Source of the DNA: an uncultured virus (IMG/VR IMGVR_UViG_3300031993_000026)
Lineage: Duplodnaviria > Heunggongvirae > Uroviricota > Caudoviricetes
Strand: one strand, 5' to 3'
DNA length: 64,000 bases
IMG/VR virus record: IMGVR_UViG_3300031993_000026
Coordinates: 1-64,000 of that record
The notes under the pieces were generated by a model, which had not been told where the DNA came from, did no database searches, and worked only from the letters and a program-made list of their open reading frames with translations. Positions 54,837 through 63,552 of the stretch are shown piece after piece. Every line of letters begins with the position of its first letter. The stretch's first letter is position 1. The position numbers and the translations under genes are program-made.

Positions 54837-56198
54837 ATGCACTATATAAAGAAATTCGACGAGTTCATAAGCGAAGGAAGGATAAACGAGATGGGAATGG
54901 CTGTAAGGAATGCCAATCTTGCGTCTGCAAAGAACGGGCTTACAGGGGAGCACAACGGGAATCCTGAAACTGCAAATGACGAACTCGCAAGGAAATACAA
55001 TCTGAAACTCAACCCGACTACGGGGCTGTATGATTGCAACGGCAATGTTAAAGTCGGAAAGGATTTGGTCAAGGACGGAAGACTGGTCATTGGGTTCGGA
55101 ACGGTTAAGGGCAATTTCGATTGCCATCTCTGTGACCTGACTTCCCTTGAAGGCGCACCGCAAAAAGTTGGCGGGAATTTCTATTGCACCAACAACAATA
55201 GTCTGACTTCCCTTGAAGGCGCACCGCAAAAAGTCGGTAAGGATTTTAAGTGCAACAGTAACTACCTGACATCGCTCAAGGGAGCACCGCAGGAAGTTGG
55301 CGGAAATTTTGATTGTAGCGGAAACGACTTAACCGCCCTTGAATATTGTCCGCAGAATGTTAGTGGGAACTTCGATTGCCGTTATAATAAATTGGCATCA
55401 CTCGAAGGCGCACCGCAAAAAGTCGGCGGGTTCGATTGTAGCGGAAACAACGACCTGACCAATCTCAAGGGAGCACCGCGCGAAGTCGGTGGAACTTTCA
55501 AGTGCTTCGACAGCAAACTGCGTTCCCTCGAAGGCGCACCGCAAAAAGTCGGCGGGTTCGATTGCGGTGAAAACAAACTGACATCCCTCAAAGGCGCACC
55601 GCAGGAAGTCGGGTGGTTCGATTGCCACGGTAACATCCTGCGTTCCCTCGAAGGCGCACCGCAAAAAGTCGGTGGATTTAAGTGTAGTGGTAACATATTA
55701 ACTTCCCTTGAAGGCGCACCGCAGGAAGTTGGCGGGAATTTCGATTGTAGCATCAACAACCTGACTTCCCTTGAAGGCTGTCCGCAGGAAGTTGGCGGGT
55801 ATTTCGATTGCAGTCATAACAGCAAATTGGTTTCCCTTGAAGGCGCACCGCAAAAAGTTGGCGGGAATTTCTATTGCACCAACAACAATAGTCTGACTTC
55901 CCTTGAAGGCGCACCGCAAAAAGTCGGTAAGGATTTTGATTGCAGTCTTAACAAATTAACTTCCCTTGAAGGCGCACCGCAGGAGGTCGGTGGAAGTTTT
56001 GATTGCAGTTTTAATAACTTGACTACCATCAAAGGCGCACCGCAAAAAGTTGGCGGGAATTTTGAGTGCAACAATAACAACCTGATTTACAACGAAACCA
56101 AATTCTACGGCTTTCTTCCAGATGTTATCAAAGGTAATTTGAAAGCAGACAACGGGTGTAATTACGAACTTGCACGGACATACTACAACAAGAATTAG
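54837..56198 (+). CDS. Leucine-rich-repeat-like protein with 16 variable modules and capsid-targeting-like leader
   Basis: MHYIKKFDEFISEG; repeat LTSLEGAPQ(K/E)VGGxFxCxxN; late promoter 54801. Confidence 0.85.
   Translation: MHYIKKFDEFISEGRINEMGMAVRNANLASAKNGLTGEHNGNPETANDELARKYNLKLNPTTGLYDCNGNVKVGKDLVKDGRLVIGFGTVKGNFDCHLCDLTSLEGAPQKVGGNFYCTNNNSLTSLEGAPQKVGKDFKCNSNYLTSLKGAPQEVGGNFDCSGNDLTALEYCPQNVSGNFDCRYNKLASLEGAPQKVGGFDCSGNNDLTNLKGAPREVGGTFKCFDSKLRSLEGAPQKVGGFDCGENKLTSLKGAPQEVGWFDCHGNILRSLEGAPQKVGGFKCSGNILTSLEGAPQEVGGNFDCSINNLTSLEGCPQEVGGYFDCSHNSKLVSLEGAPQKVGGNFYCTNNNSLTSLEGAPQKVGKDFDCSLNKLTSLEGAPQEVGGSFDCSFNNLTTIKGAPQKVGGNFECNNNNLIYNETKFYGFLPDVIKGNLKADNGCNYELARTYYNKN
55110..56085 (+). repeat. 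63-69-bp coding tandem repeats (21-23 aa LRR-like)
   Basis: acttcccttgaaggcgcaccgca(a/g)(a/g)aagt recurs; exact 106-bp duplication at 55142-55247 and 55832-55937. Confidence 0.95.
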
Positions 56199-56311
56199 GA
56201 CTATGTAGGCACAGAACCAGTGCTACTGTATCTATCCGCCATCAACCCAGTTAAGCCTCTAAACGCGCTTGGCTGGGTTGGTGCGTTTCGGGACTGAATA
56301 CGGCAACTTTG

Positions 56312-56366
56312 TTTTTTTTCTGAAATCCCTATTTATTAACTATATATTAGTGTTGGAAAGGAAACA
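56312..56366 (+). promoter_or_regulatory. Conserved non-late promoter-like motif, copy C
   Basis: ttttctgaaa-tccc-tatttattaactatatattagtgttggaaaggaaaca, near-identical to copy A. Confidence 0.7.
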
Positions 56367-56380
56367 ACAGGACACGATAT

Positions 56381-56887
56381 ATGGAATACAAGTTCAGGGG
56401 CAGAAGAATTGATACGGGCGAGTGGGTTTACGGACACCACATCGAGATACGCACTGCGGAGGGCAGGACTGGTCACTTCATTGTGACGGATGACGAAGGC
56501 AAGGTTGACCACGACATTCCGCCAATGGGGATTATGTTTACCCTCAATGAGAATATTTTTATGGTAAATCCCGACACGCTTGGGCAGTTCAGCGGTTTCA
56601 GGGACACGCTTGCAAGGGAGATATACGACGGCGACCTGCTTGTCCCGGAGAAGAACCCGCTTGTCGGCATATATTCTATGAATCAGGACAAGGGTGTGAA
56701 GATAGCGCAGGTCGCTTGGAGCAGGAATTACTCCCGCTTCTTCATCGGTGCATACGGTTATCCGAAGTCGGGCGAAGGGAATCTCGGCGAGAGCAGGGTG
56801 TTCGATATGTGCGAGGATGTAATCGACGGCTTCGGCTTCCACATCGCTGGCAATGTGTATGAGAACGGTGACTTAATCTCGAAATAA
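56381..56887 (+). CDS. YopX family protein
   Basis: KFRG....GEWVYG, TLGQFSG..D....EIYDGD, GNVYEN. Confidence 0.85.
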   Translation: MEYKFRGRRIDTGEWVYGHHIEIRTAEGRTGHFIVTDDEGKVDHDIPPMGIMFTLNENIFMVNPDTLGQFSGFRDTLAREIYDGDLLVPEKNPLVGIYSMNQDKGVKIAQVAWSRNYSRFFIGAYGYPKSGEGNLGESRVFDMCEDVIDGFGFHIAGNVYENGDLISK

Positions 56888-56888
56888 A

Positions 56889-57365
56889 ATGAAGAAGAAA
56901 GACAGGGAATTGCTGTTCAGGGATTTGTCCGCAAGGCTTCCATACGGGGTGCGGGTAAAGGTGTGGCTTCCAGACGGGACTACGGAGGAGGGTACGCTTG
57001 ACTTGAGCACCAACTACGGGGATGTCCTTCGGGACGCTTTCTACGGGAAGAAGCCCTATATAACGGACATCAAGCCGTACCTCCGACAACTCGGCACTAT
57101 GACGGAGGCGGAGATTGCGGACGGCATACGGCAGGTAAGGAAAGGAAAGATACTTTATACGGAGAGGGACGGTGTGGTCGGCTGGTACACATACTACAAG
57201 GGCGTGTACCGATATTTCGACGACTTCAACTGGAAACTCGGAGAATACGGGGTACGGAACATCGACTGGCTGTTGAAGCACCACTTCGACATTCGGGAAC
57301 TGCTTATCAACGGGTTGGCTCTCCACGCCCCAGAGGGAATGTATGACAAGGAGAAGAAGATATGA
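56889..57365 (+). CDS. Hypothetical protein
   Basis: DLSARLPYGV...IKPYLR...DWL..HHFDIR.LI..GLA pattern. Confidence 0.7.
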   Translation: MKKKDRELLFRDLSARLPYGVRVKVWLPDGTTEEGTLDLSTNYGDVLRDAFYGKKPYITDIKPYLRQLGTMTEAEIADGIRQVRKGKILYTERDGVVGWYTYYKGVYRYFDDFNWKLGEYGVRNIDWLLKHHFDIRELLINGLALHAPEGMYDKEKKI

Positions 57366-57748
57366 AAGGCAAGGTTGCAGTCAAGAGGAATGAAGGCGAG
57401 AACTTCACCGTGAAGGTGAGGTATGACGACAATGTTGGGCGCGGGTTCATAAACTCCGTGCTTTCGGCTTGTTGCAGAAAAAGGAAGTTGTGCGCGAATG
57501 TCATAAGCGGTCAGGAGTTCGTGATAACCCAGAAGTTCAGGAACGGGATAGACCTCTTCTTCGCCCTCAACGACATTATGTCGGAGAGCGCGAAGTCTGG
57601 TCGGGAGTTCAAGTGCGTGTATGTTGACGATAATGTCACATTCGGCAAGTGCGGTTACTATGAAACCGCGAATGGTATGCTTCTCGGCTCGAAGTTTATG
57701 AGCATACGCAGGCAGGAGGATATGGTGGGAAAGTTCTTCTCGGAATGA
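57362..57748 (+). CDS. Hypothetical protein, paralogue of the 54083 C-terminal domain
   Basis: FKCVY.DD..TFG.CGYYETANGMLLG shared. Confidence 0.7.
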   Translation: MKGKVAVKRNEGENFTVKVRYDDNVGRGFINSVLSACCRKRKLCANVISGQEFVITQKFRNGIDLFFALNDIMSESAKSGREFKCVYVDDNVTFGKCGYYETANGMLLGSKFMSIRRQEDMVGKFFSE

Positions 57749-57948
57749 GAGCGGGGGCGGTTGTCATAGCGGCTGTTGCGCTTCTCCTCTCCTTCGCGGG
57801 CTGTAGGACGGCATATACGGACGGTCTGTACCACCTTGACACATATTGCCCGTCATACGAGAAAATGCCTTATTCGGCAGATTCCCTGCTTTATTTCAGG
57901 GATGTGGTAAATGATATGTATAAATTTGAAACGGAAGATACAAAATGA
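57745..57948 (+). CDS. Small putative lipoprotein
   Basis: Hydrophobic signal ending in FAGC lipobox; ATGA overlaps on both sides. Confidence 0.55.
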   Translation: MRAGAVVIAAVALLLSFAGCRTAYTDGLYHLDTYCPSYEKMPYSADSLLYFRDVVNDMYKFETEDTK

Positions 57949-58664
57949 AACTTGGAAAACCAAAAATAGAATTGCCGAGCGATATAGACAAGGAGTGCTT
58001 GGACTTGTGCAATGAACTGAACAGACTGCCCGGGCTTGAAACATTCGACAGTTGCTGGGGGCACGGGACTTCTCCCTTTGTGGTGTTCTTCAAGTGCGAC
58101 AACATTGATACGATAAGCAGGCTCGGAAGGACTGTCGATAGGCGTTATTCGGACGGTATGTGGCGCATAGAGGTTGATTCGTTGGACTTGCAACCCCGCG
58201 GTTGCTTCGCCCTTACCGCAAGGGAGATACTCGACAGGGCTACGCTTGAAGAGTCGATAAAATCGTTCATAGAGAGCATCGACTACTGGTTCTCCGACCA
58301 GTTCGACTCATATTTTCTGGACGACGGGCGGAAGAAGGAGAGAACACTTGACGGCTTCGACAATTTGTATATGCCGTTGCACTTGGTGCTAAAGGGCAAG
58401 TGGTACGATATGATTGTCAACGGGGACAAGTGCGAGGAGTACAGGGACTTCACCAAACTCTACCGCAAGCGTCTGTGCCACCATTGCGACATAACGGGCG
58501 AGTTCGTGGAGTTCAAGCCCTACACCCACATAGTGATACACAGGGGCTACACCAACACGACCGCGATATACCCGATAACAAGTATGCGGCTTGGTTTCGG
58601 CAATGCAAGGTGGGGCGCACCCGAAGACAAGAAGGTGTTTATAATCGGCTTCAGGAAGGATTAG
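57945..58664 (+). CDS. Two-domain protein with C-terminal ASCH/PUA-like domain
   Basis: LHLVLKGKWYDMI..GDK.EEYR; N-terminal ID......LN..PG..T..SC.GH. Confidence 0.65.
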   Translation: MKLGKPKIELPSDIDKECLDLCNELNRLPGLETFDSCWGHGTSPFVVFFKCDNIDTISRLGRTVDRRYSDGMWRIEVDSLDLQPRGCFALTAREILDRATLEESIKSFIESIDYWFSDQFDSYFLDDGRKKERTLDGFDNLYMPLHLVLKGKWYDMIVNGDKCEEYRDFTKLYRKRLCHHCDITGEFVEFKPYTHIVIHRGYTNTTAIYPITSMRLGFGNARWGAPEDKKVFIIGFRKD

Positions 58665-58667
58665 GAT

Positions 58668-59420
58668 ATGTACTACGACAGTTTTTATTACACCGACGGC
58701 TTTCCAGTGCCGTTGAAAGAATCGGCGTTCAATATGCTGAAGGAGCGTTGGGGGCTTGTGAAGAATGAGGTCAAGGTCGAGTTCTTTCGGCTTAATAAGG
58801 GAAGCGTTGGCAACGGTGATGAGCGTGATGTGATAGAGTGCATAAGGTACTGCACGAAGGTCTTTAAGAAAGACCCCGTTGTATTTAATGTTTTTCTCCC
58901 AGCCACTATGGAGCAACCGTTCATCCGTTATATGTTTTCGTCGAAGGACATTGACTTCGGCAAGGTTGACAGGAAGTCGCTTGAAGATGCGGTCATAAAT
59001 CCCACCCTTGATTTTCCGCACGGGAAGGCAAGGCTCGGTATGATACTTGACGCTCTATATACTGGCGACTTCAAGTTGTTCTACGAGGAGGCTGACAACT
59101 ACCTTGAATTTGAGATAAGGCGGTTCTTTGATACATTCCTCTTCAACTACGACTATGACAGTTTCTATGCCAGCATCGCTTCCGATGTCAGGGTATGGCT
59201 CAAGTTGAAGGGCGTGAAGGAAAGCAAGTATTCGATATATTGCCATCCGAACAAGGGAGTAATCATTGAGTTCCGTGACGAGCCGTGCAATGAACGCCTG
59301 CTTGAAAGGTACTGGTTCGACAATGTGAGGGACGACTTGCACAAGAACCCAGCCAAGTACGGCAGGAACGAGAAATATGCTGGAGCGGAAAAATTTAAGG
59401 CTGAAAAATGGGGAGATTAG
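58668..59420 (+). CDS. Hypothetical protein
   Basis: 250-aa packed ORF. Confidence 0.65.
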   Translation: MYYDSFYYTDGFPVPLKESAFNMLKERWGLVKNEVKVEFFRLNKGSVGNGDERDVIECIRYCTKVFKKDPVVFNVFLPATMEQPFIRYMFSSKDIDFGKVDRKSLEDAVINPTLDFPHGKARLGMILDALYTGDFKLFYEEADNYLEFEIRRFFDTFLFNYDYDSFYASIASDVRVWLKLKGVKESKYSIYCHPNKGVIIEFRDEPCNERLLERYWFDNVRDDLHKNPAKYGRNEKYAGAEKFKAEKWGD

Positions 59421-59423
59421 GAA

Positions 59424-61073
59424 ATGGAGATAAACAGGATAAGATGGAAGAATTTTGCCTCTTGGGGCAATGCTTGGAGGGAGATTGACTTCGGGCGGGA
59501 AGGCTCGCTTACGCTTCTCTGCGGTATGAACGGGAGCGGTAAGTCCTCCATAAGCAACCTCATCGTCTATATGCTGTACGGCAAACTCGAAGGCTTTACG
59601 CTTTCCGACATTGCCAACCGCACGAACAGGCATTTCGAGGGGGAGATATATCTCACTTCGGGCGGGAAGTCCGTAGTCGTGAGAAGGGGGCTTAACCCCG
59701 CAAGTTTCAGTGTGGAGTGTGACGGCAGGGAAATCGACACTGCTGGCAAGGCTAATGTCCAGAAGTGGCTCGACGAGGAGATATACGGCATACCGTACAA
59801 TCTGTTCCGCAACTCTGTGGTGCTTTCGGTCGATACATTCAAGTCGTTCATCACGCTCACCCCGAAGGACAGGCGTGAAATCATAGACAGGCTCTTCGGC
59901 TACGAGGCGATAAACCTCGCCAGCGCGAAGGTCAAGGAGAAGGTCAAGGAGTACAAGGGCAAACTCGATGTGATTGACGGCAAGGTCACTGGCTACGAGA
60001 ACTCGATTGCACAGATTGAGAAGAAGATGAAAGCCGAGGCGGAGAAGGCTGACGAGAAGCACCGAAGCGTTGACGAAATCAACGGTGACATTGCCGAGAA
60101 TACGAAGCAGGAGAACAAGTACGGTGACGCGAAGTCGAAAATCAACGGGATAATATCGAACATCAACGCGAAGATGGGGAACATATCCAACGAGCGTTAC
60201 CGCATTGATGCAGACATACGGGGTTTCAAGCGTTCCCTTGAACTCTACAGGCAGGACAGGTGTCCGACCTGTGGGGCTAAACTTGACGGGGAGGAACACC
60301 TGCACCGCAAGGAACTGCTCGAAGGGAAACTTGCCGAGAACACGGAGAAGTACGATGCGCTCGGAAACGAGTATGACGCGGTAAAGGAGAAACTCCGCCT
60401 CGCCAACGAGAAGTTGAGCAAGTGCGAGAGCAGGCTCTACGAGTTGCAGGTGAAGTCAAGAAGCCTCAACCTTGAACTCGGTGCTGCGGGAAGCGCACGC
60501 AAGTCGTCCGAGAACTACTCCGATATGATTACAGAGTTGAGGGGGAACATCTCGGAGACGGAGAAGGAGAGGAAGGTCATAGAGAAGAAGGTCGAACTTC
60601 TCAACATTACGCTCGCGGTTTTCGGCGAGGGCGGCGTGAAGAAATATATAGGCAATATATACGCCCCTATGATAAACTCGTACATAAGGGAAATCGGGGA
60701 ACGGCTCGGTGTCATCTACAGGATAGAGTTCGACGGCAACTACGAGTGCCGAATATTCCATCTCGGAAAGGAGGTCAACTACCGCACCCTCTCGACTGGG
60801 GAGCGGAAGAAGGCGAATGTGGCGGTCACCCTCGCATTCCTCCGTATGGTCAAGCAGAGGATAGGCAACATAAACATACTCATACTCGACGAGATATTTT
60901 CGAGCATAGACATAGTGAGCGTGAACGGTATGCTCTCTCTCATACGGGAGTATTCGAGGGAGTGGGGTGCTGACATCTGGCTCGTCCACCACGCGAACCT
61001 TGAGACTTCGGAGGTGGACAGGGTTATAGAGGTAGGCAAGGTAAACGGTTTCAGCAACTTCTTAAATTCATAG
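59424..61073 (+). CDS. Recombination ATPase subunit (T4 gp46 / SbcC / Rad50-like)
   Basis: GMNGSGKS, coiled coil with CPTC hook, LSTGE, LILDE, H-loop. Confidence 0.92.
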   Translation: MEINRIRWKNFASWGNAWREIDFGREGSLTLLCGMNGSGKSSISNLIVYMLYGKLEGFTLSDIANRTNRHFEGEIYLTSGGKSVVVRRGLNPASFSVECDGREIDTAGKANVQKWLDEEIYGIPYNLFRNSVVLSVDTFKSFITLTPKDRREIIDRLFGYEAINLASAKVKEKVKEYKGKLDVIDGKVTGYENSIAQIEKKMKAEAEKADEKHRSVDEINGDIAENTKQENKYGDAKSKINGIISNINAKMGNISNERYRIDADIRGFKRSLELYRQDRCPTCGAKLDGEEHLHRKELLEGKLAENTEKYDALGNEYDAVKEKLRLANEKLSKCESRLYELQVKSRSLNLELGAAGSARKSSENYSDMITELRGNISETEKERKVIEKKVELLNITLAVFGEGGVKKYIGNIYAPMINSYIREIGERLGVIYRIEFDGNYECRIFHLGKEVNYRTLSTGERKKANVAVTLAFLRMVKQRIGNINILILDEIFSSIDIVSVNGMLSLIREYSREWGADIWLVHHANLETSEVDRVIEVGKVNGFSNFLNS

Positions 61074-61077
61074 CGCG

Positions 61078-61449
61078 ATGGAAAGAAAGGCAAGGATAAT
61101 TTTTTACGCACTCGGTCAGAAGGTCGGGGAGGCGACAACGGACAGGGAGGCGTTCGACTTCCTGCTGGCGTGTATAAAGTCAACGGACGGTATGGCGAAT
61201 ACGGTTTCGTTCCATACGGGCAACGGCACGACCGAAGGCGTTTACATAGACGCTACATATTCGCAGAGGGACGATACCTGCTGCTATACGATATGCGGTT
61301 ACAGCGGGGAGAGCGAGTGTGATGTGAAGTGGGACATAATTGACTGCCACGACGACGGAAGCCTTCCGCCAGACTGGTATGTCGGAATTGTGTCGGAGAA
61401 GGCTGGCGGTGATGAGGTGGTTGTAAGGCTTGTTGAACTTAACAGTTAG
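61078..61449 (+). CDS. Hypothetical protein between the gp46- and gp47-like genes
   Basis: 123-aa packed ORF. Confidence 0.6.
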   Translation: MERKARIIFYALGQKVGEATTDREAFDFLLACIKSTDGMANTVSFHTGNGTTEGVYIDATYSQRDDTCCYTICGYSGESECDVKWDIIDCHDDGSLPPDWYVGIVSEKAGGDEVVVRLVELNS

Positions 61450-61453
61450 GAAA

Positions 61454-62506
61454 ATGGCAAAAATCTGGGTTATAGGCGATACGCACTTCGGTATAAGCAA
61501 CAACAGCACGGAGTGGCAGAGGATACAGCAGGAGTGCTTTGACAACTGGCTCTTCCCCCTCTGGGAGAAGGAGGTCGGGGAGAATGATGTGCTTGTGCAT
61601 CTGGGCGATGTGTTCGATGACAGGCAGTCGGTCAATGTGCAGGCTATGAATATGGCTATCGGCATATTCGAGAGGCTCTCGGAGATATTTCGGGGCGGTG
61701 TTTACATACTCTGCGGAAACCACGATATGAAGAACAACAGGAGCAACGAGGTCAACAGCCTCGCCTGCCTGAAGTACATACCCCGCGTGAACATCATAAC
61801 GAAGCCTGCTGTGGTGCATAGTTTGAATAACATTAGACCGAGTATGGCGTTGCTTCCCTACACGCACGATGACGAACTGCTTAACAGGTGGGTGTCCGAA
61901 CATTCGGGATGCGACTATATCTTCGCCCACGCGGAGGCTGTGGGGGCGAAGTACATAATGGGTGGCTCTACGAGCGACAGGGGCATACGCTATTCGGGGC
62001 AGGCGAAACTGATATGCGGTCACATACACTTGCATCAGGAGACTTCGAGGGGCGTGCTTTTCGTAGGCACTCCGTACCAGTTGAACTTCGGGGACTGTGG
62101 CAACGACAGGGGGATACTCGTTATTGACGGCAAGGATATGAAGTTCATAGAGAACACCGTTTCACCGAAGTTCATCCGCGTCAAGTATTCGGAACTCTCG
62201 GAGAGGGAGAAGGACTTTGCTGGCAACTTCGTTCAGGTGTTCGTCACCAACGACGAGGCAATATCGGGCGGTGCGGAGCATACGGTCGCTAAACTCTCGG
62301 AGAGTGCTGGTGCAAGGGACATAAGGATGACACCAGCCGATGAGGTCGGGGAGCAGGAGGTCAGCCTTGAGGTCGGCATAGGGGAGAGCGGGCTTGAACT
62401 CGAACGCATAGTCGAGGAGTACATCGGAAGCCTCAACTATGACGACACCACGAAGGCGAATGTCCTTAAACTTTCCAAGCATTTCCTTTCTTCCGTAGCC
62501 AAGTAG
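61454..62506 (+). CDS. Recombination nuclease subunit (T4 gp47 / SbcD / Mre11-like)
   Basis: GDTHFG, HLGDVFD, GNHD, GHIH, GTPYQ. Confidence 0.92.
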   Translation: MAKIWVIGDTHFGISNNSTEWQRIQQECFDNWLFPLWEKEVGENDVLVHLGDVFDDRQSVNVQAMNMAIGIFERLSEIFRGGVYILCGNHDMKNNRSNEVNSLACLKYIPRVNIITKPAVVHSLNNIRPSMALLPYTHDDELLNRWVSEHSGCDYIFAHAEAVGAKYIMGGSTSDRGIRYSGQAKLICGHIHLHQETSRGVLFVGTPYQLNFGDCGNDRGILVIDGKDMKFIENTVSPKFIRVKYSELSEREKDFAGNFVQVFVTNDEAISGGAEHTVAKLSESAGARDIRMTPADEVGEQEVSLEVGIGESGLELERIVEEYIGSLNYDDTTKANVLKLSKHFLSSVAK

Positions 62507-62555
62507 GTGTTCAAATATAAATAAGTTATATATAACTCTTTAAATTTTTCCACCA

Positions 62556-62948
62556 ATGGTAGATGCAGGCAAATACAAGGGTATGCTTGACGCTCTCCGA
62601 GATGCGGGCGACAGGCTCATTTCGGAAAACCAGTCGCTTATGGAGTGCGGCTGGCAGGAGTTCTCGATAGGGGACAGGGTTTACTTCGGGAGAAGCACGG
62701 ACAACGGCTATTCGCTCGACAGGGGTACTGTCGTGAGCATTGCCCGACACGAGACGAGGATGTGGCAGAACCCCAACCGAAGGAACAGGGATGAGAACGC
62801 ATACGACATACGCAGGTACAACATACTTACGGTGGAAACCGCCAACGGCAAGTTTGAGATAGACAGCACTTATGTCTATAAGGACAAGACCGAAGCGGTG
62901 CTCGTGCTTATGAACAATATCCTCCACAACCACTCGGAGATAAAGTGA
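62556..62948 (+). CDS. Hypothetical protein
   Basis: ORF after late promoter 62516. Confidence 0.65.
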   Translation: MVDAGKYKGMLDALRDAGDRLISENQSLMECGWQEFSIGDRVYFGRSTDNGYSLDRGTVVSIARHETRMWQNPNRRNRDENAYDIRRYNILTVETANGKFEIDSTYVYKDKTEAVLVLMNNILHNHSEIK

Positions 62949-63442
62949 TGGACGCACCCGACGCATACGGCATCATTGTCGGCTCTCCCGCTGTCAGCGA
63001 GAAGTGGGGGAGGCACATTACATTCAGGCTTATGGAGGATGGCGGAAGGGGCGTGAAGTTTCTTCCCGACGCTGGGGGGCAAGGCGTGAACTATATACAC
63101 TTCTATGTACCGAAGGGCGGGTGTATTTCCGAAAGCGAACTCGGCAGGCTCTTGCAAAGCGTGGCTGGATATGTGCCTTCTGGCGGAATTGTCACTTCGC
63201 GTGGCGGGTGTACGCCCGGTGGACTTTGCGCCATAAAGCGTCTTGTGAAGTACGGCTTCGAGAAAATCGGGGAATACACTGGGTACGACCTCGACTGGTC
63301 TGAACCCCTCATCGACAGGGCTAAATATATTCGTTTCGTGAACAATCCGAAACATTACGGAGACTACCACCTGCTTGACGAGCGTGAGCAACGCCAGATG
63401 AAGAACACAGTTCCGATAATATGGATTTTGAGGAAGATATGA
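62945..63442 (+). CDS. Hypothetical protein
   Basis: GTGA overlap with the upstream gene; followed by a terminator. Confidence 0.6.
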   Translation: MMDAPDAYGIIVGSPAVSEKWGRHITFRLMEDGGRGVKFLPDAGGQGVNYIHFYVPKGGCISESELGRLLQSVAGYVPSGGIVTSRGGCTPGGLCAIKRLVKYGFEKIGEYTGYDLDWSEPLIDRAKYIRFVNNPKHYGDYHLLDEREQRQMKNTVPIIWILRKI

Positions 63443-63446
63443 TATG

Positions 63447-63474
63447 AAAGGCACTCGCTTGAGTGCCTTTTTTT
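63447..63474 (+). terminator. Intrinsic terminator
   Basis: aaaggcactc-gctt-gagtgccttttttt. Confidence 0.8.
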
Positions 63475-63552
63475 GTATGCGGTGCTTTGCTGTCCGCCGA
63501 AATGCCCGTTCGACGAGGCGTATAAATAATCCGAAACCAAAACATATAAGTT

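Noticed and set aside
55110..56085. CRISPR array or DGR template/variable repeat
   Set aside because: The repeats are in-frame protein modules with homologous intervening sequence; no cas gene or reverse transcriptase in the window, and no adenine-specific mismatch pattern noticed
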